NCBI GenBank assembly: GCA_965207225.1
Contig: CBDBLV010000001.1
Coordinates: 186,239 to 250,238 of the forward strand
Length of the DNA stretch: 64,000 bases
Reading direction: 5' to 3'
Source: Dehalococcoidia bacterium
GTDB lineage: Bacteria; Chloroflexota; Dehalococcoidia; Plut-88900
Positions 18,388 to 28,366 of this stretch are shown here, in pieces. Each line of letters starts with the position of its first letter. Position 1 is the stretch's first letter. Under the pieces are notes generated by a model, which did no database searches, was not told the DNA's origin, and saw nothing but the letters and a program-made list of their open reading frames with translations. The translations under genes and the position numbers were made by a program.

Positions 18388-20733
18388 ATGAGTAGAGCTG
18401 AAAATGGAACGGTCGGTCCTGAACTATTCAAGACCGCCGTCCCAGACCTATCAGGCAAGCTGGAACTAAGCGGTCTAGAGGGCCCGGTTACTGTCTTCCG
18501 GGACAAGTGGGGCATACCCCACACCCGCGCTTCCTCCGTAAACGACGCCTTTTTTGCCCAGGGCTTCGTCACGGCGCAGGACCGGCTCTGGCACATGGAC
18601 TGGGACCGGCGTCGGGCGATGGGGAGATGCGCGGAGATAGCGGGGGTCTCGGGGGTGGAGCAGGACAAGATGATGCGCCGCTTCCGGCTGGTCGCCAGCG
18701 CGAAGTCCGACTTCGAGGTGGTGAGTCCTGAGACCCAGGCGATGCTTAAGAGCTACGCCGAGGGGGTCAATGCCTTCATAGATACTGCCAGTGAACTGCC
18801 CATCGAATACCGCATCCTGAGTTCGAGGCCAGAACTGTGGGAGCCGTGGCACTCTATGCTCGTATTCAAGGTACGCCACATCTTCATGGGTGTATTCGAA
18901 CGCAAACTGTGGAACGCTCGAATGGTGAATCGTCTCGGGCCTGAGAAGGCGCAGGCAGCCATACCCGTTTCCCTGCCAGGTGAGCTGCTTGTGGTTCCAC
19001 CCGGCGCCGAATATTCCGGCGCCACGGACAAGTCTCTGCCGGACTTTGTCGAGGGGGCGGAATGGCCCGGGCTTCCTGCCTGGGAGGAGGGCGGGAGTAA
19101 CAACTGGGCTGTACACGGGAGCCGGACGGCATCGGGTGTACCGCTTCTGGCAGGGGACCCGCATCGAGGCCTGGAGGCGCCCAGCGTCTACTATCAAAAT
19201 CACATCGCCTGCGATGAGTTCGATGTCGTTGGGCTTTCATTCCCCGGAGTGCCGGGGTTTCCGCACTTCGGCCACAATGCCCGTGTGGCGTGGTGCGTGA
19301 CCCACGCCATGGCCGACTACCAGGACCTCTACATAGAGCGTTTCAAAGAGGTCGATACTGCGTCATACGAGTTCATGGGCAAGTGGGAAACCGCTGATGT
19401 TACAACGGAGTCGATCAGCGTTGCCGGTGGCGCCAAGGAGGAGGTCCAGACCTTTGCAACCAGGCATGGGCCGGTAGTAGCCGGAAACCCGGGCGAAGGA
19501 GTAGCCCTGGCATTCAGATACACCGCCACGGCCGAGCCCATCAAGGCGTTTGACTCCATCAGGCAAATGCTCACTGCTGCCTCCGTCGACGAATTGGATG
19601 AGTCGATGAAGGAGTGGGTCGATCCTGCCAACAACTTCCTCTGTGTGGATGTGCAAGGCGACATAAAGTACCTTACTCGGGGTCGACTCCCAATAAGACC
19701 AAAGGCAAATGCGTGGCTGCCGGTGCCCGGTTGGACCGGCGATTACGAATGGACAAGGTACGTTCCTTTCGAAGAGATGCCCCGCTCCCGGAACCCGGAT
19801 ACCGGGTTCATAGTCACGGCCAACAACCGGATTGTGAACGAGGACTATCCTCACTACATAGGCCTCGACTACGATGGCGAACACCGTACCCGTTGCATTT
19901 ACAAAGCGCTCCAAGGGACGCCGAGGGCCACGGTAGAGGATATGGCCGGGGTCCATGCTCTGCGCACTTCCATCCCTGCGGCGGCAATATGCCCTCTACT
20001 GAAAGAGGTAGAAGCATATAGTGAAGCCGCCGTTGAAGGAAAGCGTCTTTTGCTGGCCTGGGACCACAACATAGACAGAGATCGTCCCGAACCGACTATC
20101 TTCACTACCTTCCATGACGCACTTACGGACGCCCGTATAACTGCATTACTCGGCGAGATGGCGCACGATGTGGCAGGGGAGAGTGGCAGGGGTGCGCCAT
20201 CGTGGGTTGGCCGAATAAAGTCGGGGTTGCACCACTGGCTGGATTCCTTGCCCACCTCCGAGAGAAAAGGCCTCCTTGCCCATGCGTTGGAAGTGGCGGT
20301 GACAAGGCTGCGATCAATCCTTGGCGAGGACATCAGTGATTGGGCATGGGGTCGGGTGCACAGGACGAACCCACAGCACGCTCTTTCTGATGTCTTTCCC
20401 GAGTTATCTGAAAATCTGAATCCGCCTTCCGTAGCGGCCCACGGAGATGGGTTCACGCCGCTGGCAGGCTCCTATTCGACTGCAGAGCCATATATCATCA
20501 CTTCTACCTCAATGGCACGGTATGTCTTCGACGCCTCGAACTGGGACAACTCCCGTTGGGTAGTACCTCTGGGGGCGTCGGGGCATCCTGGGAGCCTTCA
20601 CTACTCCGATCAGGCGGAGACCTGGGCTGACGTCAGCCTGATCCCCATGTTCTATGACTGGAATGTAGTGTCCAGGGAAGCCGAGACCAGACAGTTCCTT
20701 TGCCCACTTGCGACTGCACGAAAAAATGGGTAG
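18388..20733 (+). CDS. Penicillin acylase family (S45) Ntn-hydrolase
   Basis: RDKWGIPH, AQDRLWHMD, GSNNW, LAGDPH, GASGHPGSLHYSDQ. Confidence 0.93.
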   Translation: MSRAENGTVGPELFKTAVPDLSGKLELSGLEGPVTVFRDKWGIPHTRASSVNDAFFAQGFVTAQDRLWHMDWDRRRAMGRCAEIAGVSGVEQDKMMRRFRLVASAKSDFEVVSPETQAMLKSYAEGVNAFIDTASELPIEYRILSSRPELWEPWHSMLVFKVRHIFMGVFERKLWNARMVNRLGPEKAQAAIPVSLPGELLVVPPGAEYSGATDKSLPDFVEGAEWPGLPAWEEGGSNNWAVHGSRTASGVPLLAGDPHRGLEAPSVYYQNHIACDEFDVVGLSFPGVPGFPHFGHNARVAWCVTHAMADYQDLYIERFKEVDTASYEFMGKWETADVTTESISVAGGAKEEVQTFATRHGPVVAGNPGEGVALAFRYTATAEPIKAFDSIRQMLTAASVDELDESMKEWVDPANNFLCVDVQGDIKYLTRGRLPIRPKANAWLPVPGWTGDYEWTRYVPFEEMPRSRNPDTGFIVTANNRIVNEDYPHYIGLDYDGEHRTRCIYKALQGTPRATVEDMAGVHALRTSIPAAAICPLLKEVEAYSEAAVEGKRLLLAWDHNIDRDRPEPTIFTTFHDALTDARITALLGEMAHDVAGESGRGAPSWVGRIKSGLHHWLDSLPTSERKGLLAHALEVAVTRLRSILGEDISDWAWGRVHRTNPQHALSDVFPELSENLNPPSVAAHGDGFTPLAGSYSTAEPYIITSTSMARYVFDASNWDNSRWVVPLGASGHPGSLHYSDQAETWADVSLIPMFYDWNVVSREAETRQFLCPLATARKNG

Positions 20734-20874
20734 GCTTACAATAGTCCCGGCAGACTATTGACCGAAGCGCCCGGCATGTGCGATGCTATGGCCGCAGTGG
20801 ACGGGGCCGAGAAGCAATGAGTTAATCAATTTGCTGACGGCCCCGAAAGACTATCAAAAGGTAGGGGTTTTAAT

Positions 20875-21018
20875 ATGCAAGGCTACTGCGTTAAGTGTCG
20901 AGCGTCCCAGGAGATGAAGGACGCAGAGCAGATCACCATGAAGAATGGCCGCCCGGCAACCCGTGGTGTCTGCCCGGTCTGCGGGACGAAGATGTTCCGC
21001 ATCGGCAAGTCCAGCTAG
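20875..21018 (+). CDS. Small zinc-binding protein (DUF5679-like), 47 aa
   Basis: Below ORF-track cut-off: MQGYCVKCRASQEMKDAEQITMKNGRPATRGVCPVCGTKMFRIGKSS. Confidence 0.85.
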   Translation: MQGYCVKCRASQEMKDAEQITMKNGRPATRGVCPVCGTKMFRIGKSS

Positions 21019-21029
21019 TTTCGCTCTGA

Positions 21030-21061
21030 CCCCGGGTCGTCTGCATTGGGACGGCCCGGGG
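21030..21061. terminator. GC-rich hairpin between convergent genes
   Basis: CCCCGGGTCGTC...GACGGCCCGGGG. Confidence 0.55.
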
Positions 21062-21165
21062 ATGACCTCCAATCCCAATCGTTTCCCGCCGCACTTCTGC
21101 GTCTATTGTATGAGGCGTGTGGGGACAGTCCAGTTCCCCCTTATACCAACCTTATCGGCGTGCGG

Positions 21166-23133
21166 CTATCGCTTCTCGACAGTAACTGCAACCGGTAGAT
21201 GGTCCGAGGCCTGACTCTCTGCCGAGGAGTAGTTCCTAGACTTCAGGTCAGGGCTCGTCCATACATAGTCGATGCGCCTGCTGGGACCGTCGGACGGGGA
21301 TGTGAACCCCGGACCCGTCTCCCCTGCGTCCACGAATGAGTCGAGGAGGCCGGCCTCTTCGAGCATCTTGATTTCCCGGTCCTCGGGTGTTCCGTTCAGG
21401 TCTGCCAAAAGCACTGTTTGAGGAACCCCGCCCCACCTTGCAAGCACGGCCTCCGTCTGGGGGATTCGGTACTCAGCCTCATCACGAACGTGGTGGAAGT
21501 GTGTTGCGATGACGCGCAGCGGGGCCTCGTCCCCAACGTCGATCTCCACCCATAGGAACGCTCTGTTCAGGGGGAAGTCATCGTTATTGGGCATTTCCTC
21601 GTTCTCGTAGTGCAATATGGGGTAACGAGTGAGCACGGCATTTCCCCATGCAGAGTCGGCGGCGGGGCCCCATGCGTATTCCATGTCCAGTCGCTGAGAG
21701 AGCCAGGACAGGATGTCCACGGCCCCGTCGACCAGCCAGGCCCGGGACACCTCCTGCAAAGCCACGACGTCGGGTGATTCCGCCTCAATCACTTGGGCGA
21801 TCTCCTCCAAAGTAAAATCACCGGCTGTGCCGAAACCCTGGTGGATGTTATAGGCCATGACTCGCACAGGAAGCCCGTCTCCCGGCTCGACTTCAGGCTC
21901 CGTCCAGAATATGGTGAGTATAATCGGCGCCAGCATCATGAGTGCTACGAGACGACCGGCCCAAATGAACGGGGCCCGAGGGAGGGGCCCGGTCTTTGTC
22001 CAGATCACCATACCTACAGGCAACGCCACCAGAATCGTTGCTGCAATCACGATTGTACGTTGAGTCACGCCCACGTCTATGTCGTAGGCGGCGTAGTACA
22101 GAAAACCCAGAACTAGGAACAGCAGCATCCCCAGGAAGGAGATTAGCGTCGCCAGGGAGTATGACTTGCGTTCCTCATCGGGGTTGTCCCGGGAAGCGAG
22201 GATGGCGAGGAGCAAAACCAGCAACAAGTGTCCCGCGGCCATTATCGTCGCGGCCAGGGCGCCGGACTGTTCTTCCAACAACATCACTATGAGCAGCACG
22301 GTCACTGCCGGTGCGAGAAGCACAACCACGTGTCTGGGTAACCGCATTGCCAGTGGAACAAGAGCAATACCGACGAGGTTCGCTGCCACTATCAATGACA
22401 GGATTCCCGGCTGCTCCCAGCCGATCAAGGCGGTCTGTTGCCCGACGTTCTGGAATAAGAGCATCCCCAGGAAAAGAAAAGGGCCAAGCGCCAGGAGCGG
22501 AAGCGAGGCCCGGGGCCCGGGTGGCAGCGCCTCCTGACCTCTACTCCTCATAGCAACGAGTTTCGCCGTCGTCGTAAGGCCCAAAGCAAGCAGTACCGCT
22601 ACGATATCCGCGCCTGTATTGTGGTGAAATGACAGGTCGACTGTCCCGAAGGCGCCCTTTATTGCCGTGTCCAGGGCGATGCCCGTGAGAAGACCCAACA
22701 GCCAGGTGGCCCCTGTTATCCGCCTTCCGCTGGAAGCAATAGAGGTGCTCGCAGGAATTGCCCATAGGAACAGGACCGTGCCGACAATGGACAGGGCGAA
22801 GTCGGCGGCGGCGACCTCCATAAATTGGACGATGATCCGGGTGACGAAGATACCCAGAGCACATAACTGCAACAGGCCCCCAGGCCCGATGCCGCGAGCC
22901 AGTACAGGCGCCAAAAGGGCGGCAAGGAAGCACAGCAGCGCAATCCCTCCCACCTGGACTGTTGAAAACTCCCGGGCCTCCCTCAGGTAGAAGACCACGC
23001 TCGACATGAAGAGCCGCAGCATCTCGATGCCCAGGGCGAAGAGAAGCATTACGAATACAAATTGGAGTATCTCTGCCCGCGCCCCGACACTTTCCTTGCC
23101 GCTCGAAATTTGAGAGGTGTTGGCGGTAGTCAT
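21166..23133 (-). CDS. Polytopic membrane protein with C-terminal endonuclease/exonuclease/phosphatase domain (CWH43-like architecture)
   Basis: About 12 hydrophobic segments then MAYNIH, LQEV, ADLN, RIDY, SDH. Confidence 0.85.
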   Translation of the reverse strand: MTTANTSQISSGKESVGARAEILQFVFVMLLFALGIEMLRLFMSSVVFYLREAREFSTVQVGGIALLCFLAALLAPVLARGIGPGGLLQLCALGIFVTRIIVQFMEVAAADFALSIVGTVLFLWAIPASTSIASSGRRITGATWLLGLLTGIALDTAIKGAFGTVDLSFHHNTGADIVAVLLALGLTTTAKLVAMRSRGQEALPPGPRASLPLLALGPFLFLGMLLFQNVGQQTALIGWEQPGILSLIVAANLVGIALVPLAMRLPRHVVVLLAPAVTVLLIVMLLEEQSGALAATIMAAGHLLLVLLLAILASRDNPDEERKSYSLATLISFLGMLLFLVLGFLYYAAYDIDVGVTQRTIVIAATILVALPVGMVIWTKTGPLPRAPFIWAGRLVALMMLAPIILTIFWTEPEVEPGDGLPVRVMAYNIHQGFGTAGDFTLEEIAQVIEAESPDVVALQEVSRAWLVDGAVDILSWLSQRLDMEYAWGPAADSAWGNAVLTRYPILHYENEEMPNNDDFPLNRAFLWVEIDVGDEAPLRVIATHFHHVRDEAEYRIPQTEAVLARWGGVPQTVLLADLNGTPEDREIKMLEEAGLLDSFVDAGETGPGFTSPSDGPSRRIDYVWTSPDLKSRNYSSAESQASDHLPVAVTVEKR

Positions 23134-23513
23134 TGCTGGCTCTCTCCCATCAGCTCGTCGAGGCGCTCATCGCTTATGCCGAAGAAATGGCCTACCTCGT
23201 GGACCACGGTGTGCCTGACTTCCTCTGCGATCTGCCCTTCGCTTTCGCAGATGGCCTCTATAGGGCGCTGGAAGATAAAGATGCGGTCGGGCTGTACCCC
23301 GGTGTGGAAAACACTGCGCTCGGTAAGAGGAATACCATCGTAGAGGCCCAGCAGTTCCAATGGATGGTCCAGACCGACCGAACGGAGTTGCTCCTCGGAT
23401 GGGTAGTCCTTGACGACGCGAACAACATTGCCGTCGCTGAGAATTTCAGCAAACTCCGCTGGAAGGTCCGCAAGTGCCTTGTCCACCAGGGCCTCAAAAA
23501 GGCTGCGCTCTAT
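23130..23513 (-). CDS. Zincin-like metallopeptidase (DUF1025-like)
   Basis: LLGLYDGIPL, PDRIFIFQRPI, HEVGHFFG; start probably ATA at 23513 (track GTG 23486). Confidence 0.88.
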   Translation of the reverse strand: MERSLFEALVDKALADLPAEFAEILSDGNVVRVVKDYPSEEQLRSVGLDHPLELLGLYDGIPLTERSVFHTGVQPDRIFIFQRPIEAICESEGQIAEEVRHTVVHEVGHFFGISDERLDELMGESQQ

Positions 23514-23701
23514 GACTCATCTCCTGGTACTAGCTGTTCCCAGGGCATTATACGGGTTGCGGTACCGACAAACCCGATAGCCAGTCGAATCGCGGACGTG
23601 GTCGAGGCGCTATCGGGAGGTGGCAACGCGTGTAAGTTATGGGGGTATTAAACCCGTAGTGGAGGCAACACAGGCAGAGCGGAGGTGGTAGAATCGTCCG
23701 G

Positions 23702-23893
23702 ATGTTGGTAAGAACTCTCAGGCTTGTCATCCATGCGTTGCTGTTCCTGATCGCCATCGTAGTGTTTTTCCTCGGGCTGGGAATTGGGCTGCAATACAGC
23801 CCGCAGTTAGGGACGGCTTTATGGATCGCTGCGGGGCTTCTCGCGGCGCTTAATCTTGTCTGGCTACTCCGCCGGAGGCCGACGCCAGGCTGA
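23702..23893 (+). CDS. Small two-TM membrane protein
   Basis: 63 aa, two hydrophobic helices, TGATG coupling to next gene. Confidence 0.6.
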   Translation: MLVRTLRLVIHALLFLIAIVVFFLGLGIGLQYSPQLGTALWIAAGLLAALNLVWLLRRRPTPG

Positions 23894-25593
23894 TGACCAA
23901 AGCCCACGAAATGATCGCGGACGTGCTCCAGGAGGCGGGCGTCGAATACGTTTTCGGTATACCTGGCGGCGGCACGGGGGCCATCTACAACTCCCTGTAT
24001 GACCGGCCAGCCGTTAAACCCATCCTGGTTCGCCACGAACAGGGCGCCGCAATCATGGCCGACGCCTATGGACGGGCTACCGGCCGCCCTGCTGCTGTCA
24101 TGGGTCAGGGCCTTTTCATAGGGTCTAATGCTTCTTTCGGCATCATGGAGGCCCAGCTCAGCAGTTCTCCCATGGTGGTCATCACCGACACCTCGGACGG
24201 GGACATGGCCCAGCACCCGGCTAATCAGTCGGGGTCTGGAGAGTATGGAAGCGTCGACCTGTTGACCATATTCCGCTCCATGTCCAAGTACACAACGCTG
24301 GCCACTTCGCCCAAGGAAGCAGTGGTCGGGCTGCAGTTGGCCATAAAGCATGCAACCAGCGGACGCCCGGGCCCCGGGGTGGTGCTGATGCGAAGCCGCT
24401 CGATTGTCGGGGAAGTTGATGTCGAATCGCCACCTTTCATCCATCCCACCCTGGGCTATTTGAACACCATGCCGTCCGTCGCCCGATCCGAGGACGTGGA
24501 GGGGGCCGCTTCCCTTCTCGCCGATGCCAAGTTTCCCGTCATAGTTGCCGGGAATGGTGTTCACATGGCCAACGCTCACCCGGAGTTGACACGCCTTGCC
24601 GAGATGCTGGGTGCTGGGGTAGCAACCTCCTACAAGGGCAAGAGCTCCATTCCTGAGACCCACGCCCAGGCCCTTGGGATGGTGGGCCAGTACGGTCAAC
24701 AGGCTGCCAACACCGCGGTTGGACGGGCGGACGTCGTGCTGGTGGTCGGGGCCAAGCTGACGAGCCAGGAGACCGTCGGGGAGACGCCATCGCTATTCGA
24801 TCCCAAGAGGCAGACGATTATTCAGATCGACATCGAGGAGCGGAATGCTGGCTGGTCCTTCCCAATAGACCTTGGTCTGATAGGCGATGGCAAGGAAGTG
24901 CTCTTGCAGATAATCGACGCTTTGGGCGTCGATGGGCGGGACAACTCTGAAAGGGTCGGGGCCCTGGCCTCCCTGAAAAAGAACGCCCTTTTTTACAAAG
25001 ACCCCGAGCTCTTCATGGACTCCTCTCCCGTAATGCCCCAGCGTCTGGTACGGCTCTTGCAGGAAACCCTGGACCCTTCCACCCTAATCAGTCTTGATGC
25101 AGGCAACAACCGGGTCTGGATGTGTCACCACTACCAGTCCCAGGCAACCAAGACATTATTTGCTCCGGGCGGTATGGCCGGAATGGGGTGGAGCCTTCCC
25201 GCAGCCCTCGCTCTAAAGTTGGCATATCCGGAGAGACCGGTTGTCGGGGTCACGGGCGACGGGGGCTTTATGATGTCAGTCCACGCCATTTCAACTGCCA
25301 TACAATATGACCTGCCGGTGGTCTACGTTGTGCTGAATGACTCTGCGCTCGGCATGGTCAGGCACCACCAGGGTGACAAGGTAATCTCTGCGGAGTTTGC
25401 CGAGACGGACCACGGCGCCATCGCACGCTCCATGGGAGGCTTCGGGGTGCAGGTGTCGGATTCCAGGGAAGTACCCGGCGCCCTGAGGGAAGCCTTCGCA
25501 TCGGGCAAGCCGGCCGTGGTGGATGTGATCATAGACCGGGGCCCCAACCCAGACGACTTTCGGGCCACGGCCCGTCGATTGACGGATACCTAG
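23893..25593 (+). CDS. Thiamine-pyrophosphate enzyme (acetolactate-synthase superfamily)
   Basis: VFGIPGG, RHEQGA, GDGGFMM...LND motif. Confidence 0.92.
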   Translation: MTKAHEMIADVLQEAGVEYVFGIPGGGTGAIYNSLYDRPAVKPILVRHEQGAAIMADAYGRATGRPAAVMGQGLFIGSNASFGIMEAQLSSSPMVVITDTSDGDMAQHPANQSGSGEYGSVDLLTIFRSMSKYTTLATSPKEAVVGLQLAIKHATSGRPGPGVVLMRSRSIVGEVDVESPPFIHPTLGYLNTMPSVARSEDVEGAASLLADAKFPVIVAGNGVHMANAHPELTRLAEMLGAGVATSYKGKSSIPETHAQALGMVGQYGQQAANTAVGRADVVLVVGAKLTSQETVGETPSLFDPKRQTIIQIDIEERNAGWSFPIDLGLIGDGKEVLLQIIDALGVDGRDNSERVGALASLKKNALFYKDPELFMDSSPVMPQRLVRLLQETLDPSTLISLDAGNNRVWMCHHYQSQATKTLFAPGGMAGMGWSLPAALALKLAYPERPVVGVTGDGGFMMSVHAISTAIQYDLPVVYVVLNDSALGMVRHHQGDKVISAEFAETDHGAIARSMGGFGVQVSDSREVPGALREAFASGKPAVVDVIIDRGPNPDDFRATARRLTDT

Positions 25594-25630
25594 ACTGTCA
25601 AACTGATTTCCTTAATCAAAGTGGTGAAAC

Positions 25631-27169
25631 ATGGCTAACGATTTTGACGCAATCATCATAGGCGGCGGGCACAATGGGCTGGTAGCCTCCGGTTACATGG
25701 CCAAGGCCGGGATGAAGACTCTTGTATTGGAACGTCGGGACCAGGTCGGCGGGGCATGCATAACGGAGGAGCTTATTCCTGGGTTCAAGTTCTCCTCCTG
25801 CTCCTACGTCTCATGGCTGCTGCAGCCGAAGGTTGTTAAGGATCTGGAGCTTTACAAGCACGGACTGGAGATATTCGGGCTTGATCCCCGTTCGGCCCAT
25901 CCCTTCCCCGATGGCGCCGGGATGCTCTTCTGGGACGAGGATGAGCGGAATAAAGAAGAGATTGCCAAGCTCAGCCCGCCCGACTCCGAAGCCTACAATG
26001 CTTGGAACGCATTCTGGGACAAGGCCGCCGAGATCATGGGGCCATACATGCTCGAGCCTGCACCGACGTGGCAAGAGGTCGACGAGAGAGTCCGGGGCAC
26101 CGAGCACGAGGAGATACTAAACACACTTCGTACGGTCAGTATGGGCGATCTGCTGGACCGGTATTTCGTGTCCGAGAAGGTCAAGTCCTGCATGGTCTAT
26201 TCGCCCGACCCCAGGGGACTGTACGTAGTTGGCAATGCTCTGCCATCGGCCTACTATGCCTGCAACCGGTACGTGGATCCCGCCGACACCGGACTCCCGA
26301 GAGGGGGGATGGGTGGCCTGACTCGGGCGATGGCAAACTCGGCGCGATCAAGGGGAGTGTCCATAAGGACCGATTCCAGGGTGAAAAGGGTGATCATCAG
26401 CGAAGGCAAGGCGGTCGGTGTGGAGTTGGAGGACGGGGAGCAGATCGAGAGTGATATCGTCGTTTCCAACGCCGACCCGTTGCATACGTTCAACCACTTG
26501 GTCGGACTTGAAAACCTGGACTCAAACTTCGCTGCCGGTCTCGCGGAGGTGAAGACCAACCTGACACACCTGAAATTCCACTGCGCCCTCAGTGAAGCCC
26601 CCGACTTCTCTCGTTTCTTCCCTTCACTGCAATCCAACCAATACCTGGGCATGCTGGATATCTGTGATTCTCCGGCATACTTTCAGAAGAGCTGCGCCGA
26701 CACCGCAGAGGGCCGATTCACCGATTGCCCCGTCATCGAGCTCCAGGTGCCGTCGGTCTACGACAATTCCCTGGCGGCGGAGGGCAATCACCTGCTCTCG
26801 GCCTTTGTGCTGCACGCTCCCCGGGAGCTAGCCTCCGTGTCCTGGGACGACGCCCGGGAGCAGGTCGCGGAAAGCCTCATCGACAAGATTACCGAATTTG
26901 CCCCCAATTTCCGGGACGCCCTCATCGACTGGGTGCTGATCAGCCCCGTGGACATGGAGAGCAGGGTCGGGCTGACAAATGGGAACATTCATCACCTGGA
27001 CCTCGTGTCAACTCAGATGCTCTCTGATCGGCCTATACCTGGCTGGTCCGACTACCGTACACCAATAGAGGGGCTATATCTCTGTGGCGCCGGCACCCAT
27101 CCGGGCGGAGAGGTTACCGGCGCCCCTGGGCACAATGCTGCCCACAGAGTTATAAATGACTGGGCCTGA
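25631..27169 (+). CDS. Phytoene-desaturase-family FAD oxidoreductase
   Basis: GGGHNGLV, GGACITEE, GGMG, GNIHH, CGAGTHPGGEVTGAPGHNAA. Confidence 0.9.
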   Translation: MANDFDAIIIGGGHNGLVASGYMAKAGMKTLVLERRDQVGGACITEELIPGFKFSSCSYVSWLLQPKVVKDLELYKHGLEIFGLDPRSAHPFPDGAGMLFWDEDERNKEEIAKLSPPDSEAYNAWNAFWDKAAEIMGPYMLEPAPTWQEVDERVRGTEHEEILNTLRTVSMGDLLDRYFVSEKVKSCMVYSPDPRGLYVVGNALPSAYYACNRYVDPADTGLPRGGMGGLTRAMANSARSRGVSIRTDSRVKRVIISEGKAVGVELEDGEQIESDIVVSNADPLHTFNHLVGLENLDSNFAAGLAEVKTNLTHLKFHCALSEAPDFSRFFPSLQSNQYLGMLDICDSPAYFQKSCADTAEGRFTDCPVIELQVPSVYDNSLAAEGNHLLSAFVLHAPRELASVSWDDAREQVAESLIDKITEFAPNFRDALIDWVLISPVDMESRVGLTNGNIHHLDLVSTQMLSDRPIPGWSDYRTPIEGLYLCGAGTHPGGEVTGAPGHNAAHRVINDWA

Positions 27170-27211
27170 TTTCCGAGGCCCGCAAATTTCACGAAACGGA
27201 GAACAATCCGA

Positions 27212-28342
27212 ATGGCCAGAAACGGGTTCAAGGTCCTGGACAGCGACATGCACGTCATGGAGCCGCCCGACCTGTGGCAGACCTATACCAGCGCAGACTT
27301 TCGGGACCGCGCCCCTGAATTCCGGGGAGTCGCCACGAGCCACGGGTTTACGAACAAGTGGATCGTGGAGGACAGGATCTTCCCTGCCTATTCGGACAGA
27401 AAGCCCCGGACCGAGGTGCTGTCGGGGCGGCACGAGGCCATAACCGACAGGTTTGCGAAGGCTCGGGCGGCTAAGTTTGACAACGTGACACAACTGGAGG
27501 CCCTGGAGGTCGAGGGGATAGACGTGGCGGTCCTCTTCCGCACGTTCGGCGCCCACGTAATCGCCCTGGACGGCATGGACCCCGACCTATCTCTAGCCAT
27601 CTGCGCCGCCTTCAACGACTGGCTCCATGATTTCTGTTCAGCGGACCCATCTCGGCTGAAGGGCGCCGCCCAGATGCCCATGCACGACGCCCAGAAGGCC
27701 GCCCACGAGGCCCGACGCGCAGTTAACGACCTGGGAATGGTCGCCCTCGTCCTCCCCTCCAACCCCGTCAACGACAGACCCTGGTACGACCCCTACTACG
27801 ACCCATTCTGGCAGGAAGCCGAATCCCTGGGTGTGCCGGTCTGCTTTCACGGGATCCAGGGAGCGTATCAGCAACACATCGGGACCCGGTTCCTGGATGC
27901 CTTCGTCATTGCTCACGCCGCCACTCACCCCATGGAACTGATGCTGGATGTTGGGAGCATGATCGGAGGAGGTGTGCTGGAGCGGTTCCCGACCCTCAGG
28001 GCCGGGTTCCTGGAGGGCAACTGCAGCTGGCTCCCCTGGTGGCTTTGGAGACTTGATGAGGAGTGGGAGACCTTCGGCCCCTGGGAAAGGACGAAGCTCC
28101 AGGGTCCGCCCTCGGACTACTTCCGCCGGCAGAGCTTCATCTCAGTGGACGTGGACGAGTTCATGGTCAAGAACGTCATCGACACGGTCGGGGACGACAA
28201 CCTGGTACTTTCCACGGACTACCCCCACCATGACTCCATGTACCCGAACGCCCTGGACACCTTTCTTGAGATGGATGTTGTGCCCGAGGCTTCTCAAAAG
28301 AAGATCCTCTGGGACAACTGCGCCAGGTTATACGGGATATAA
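27212..28342 (+). CDS. Amidohydrolase_2 family (decarboxylase/hydratase-like)
   Basis: DSDMHVMEP, FLEGN, STDYPH, ILWDNCARLY. Confidence 0.9.
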   Translation: MARNGFKVLDSDMHVMEPPDLWQTYTSADFRDRAPEFRGVATSHGFTNKWIVEDRIFPAYSDRKPRTEVLSGRHEAITDRFAKARAAKFDNVTQLEALEVEGIDVAVLFRTFGAHVIALDGMDPDLSLAICAAFNDWLHDFCSADPSRLKGAAQMPMHDAQKAAHEARRAVNDLGMVALVLPSNPVNDRPWYDPYYDPFWQEAESLGVPVCFHGIQGAYQQHIGTRFLDAFVIAHAATHPMELMLDVGSMIGGGVLERFPTLRAGFLEGNCSWLPWWLWRLDEEWETFGPWERTKLQGPPSDYFRRQSFISVDVDEFMVKNVIDTVGDDNLVLSTDYPHHDSMYPNALDTFLEMDVVPEASQKKILWDNCARLYGI

Positions 28343-28366
28343 CGATTTACATAAAGAGAGGGATAG

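Noticed and set aside
20795-20850. Fluoride riboswitch resemblance (GACGGGGCC...GCTGACGGCCCC)
   Set aside because: Pseudoknot-forming complement absent and downstream gene is not a fluoride exporter; kept only as a generic hairpin
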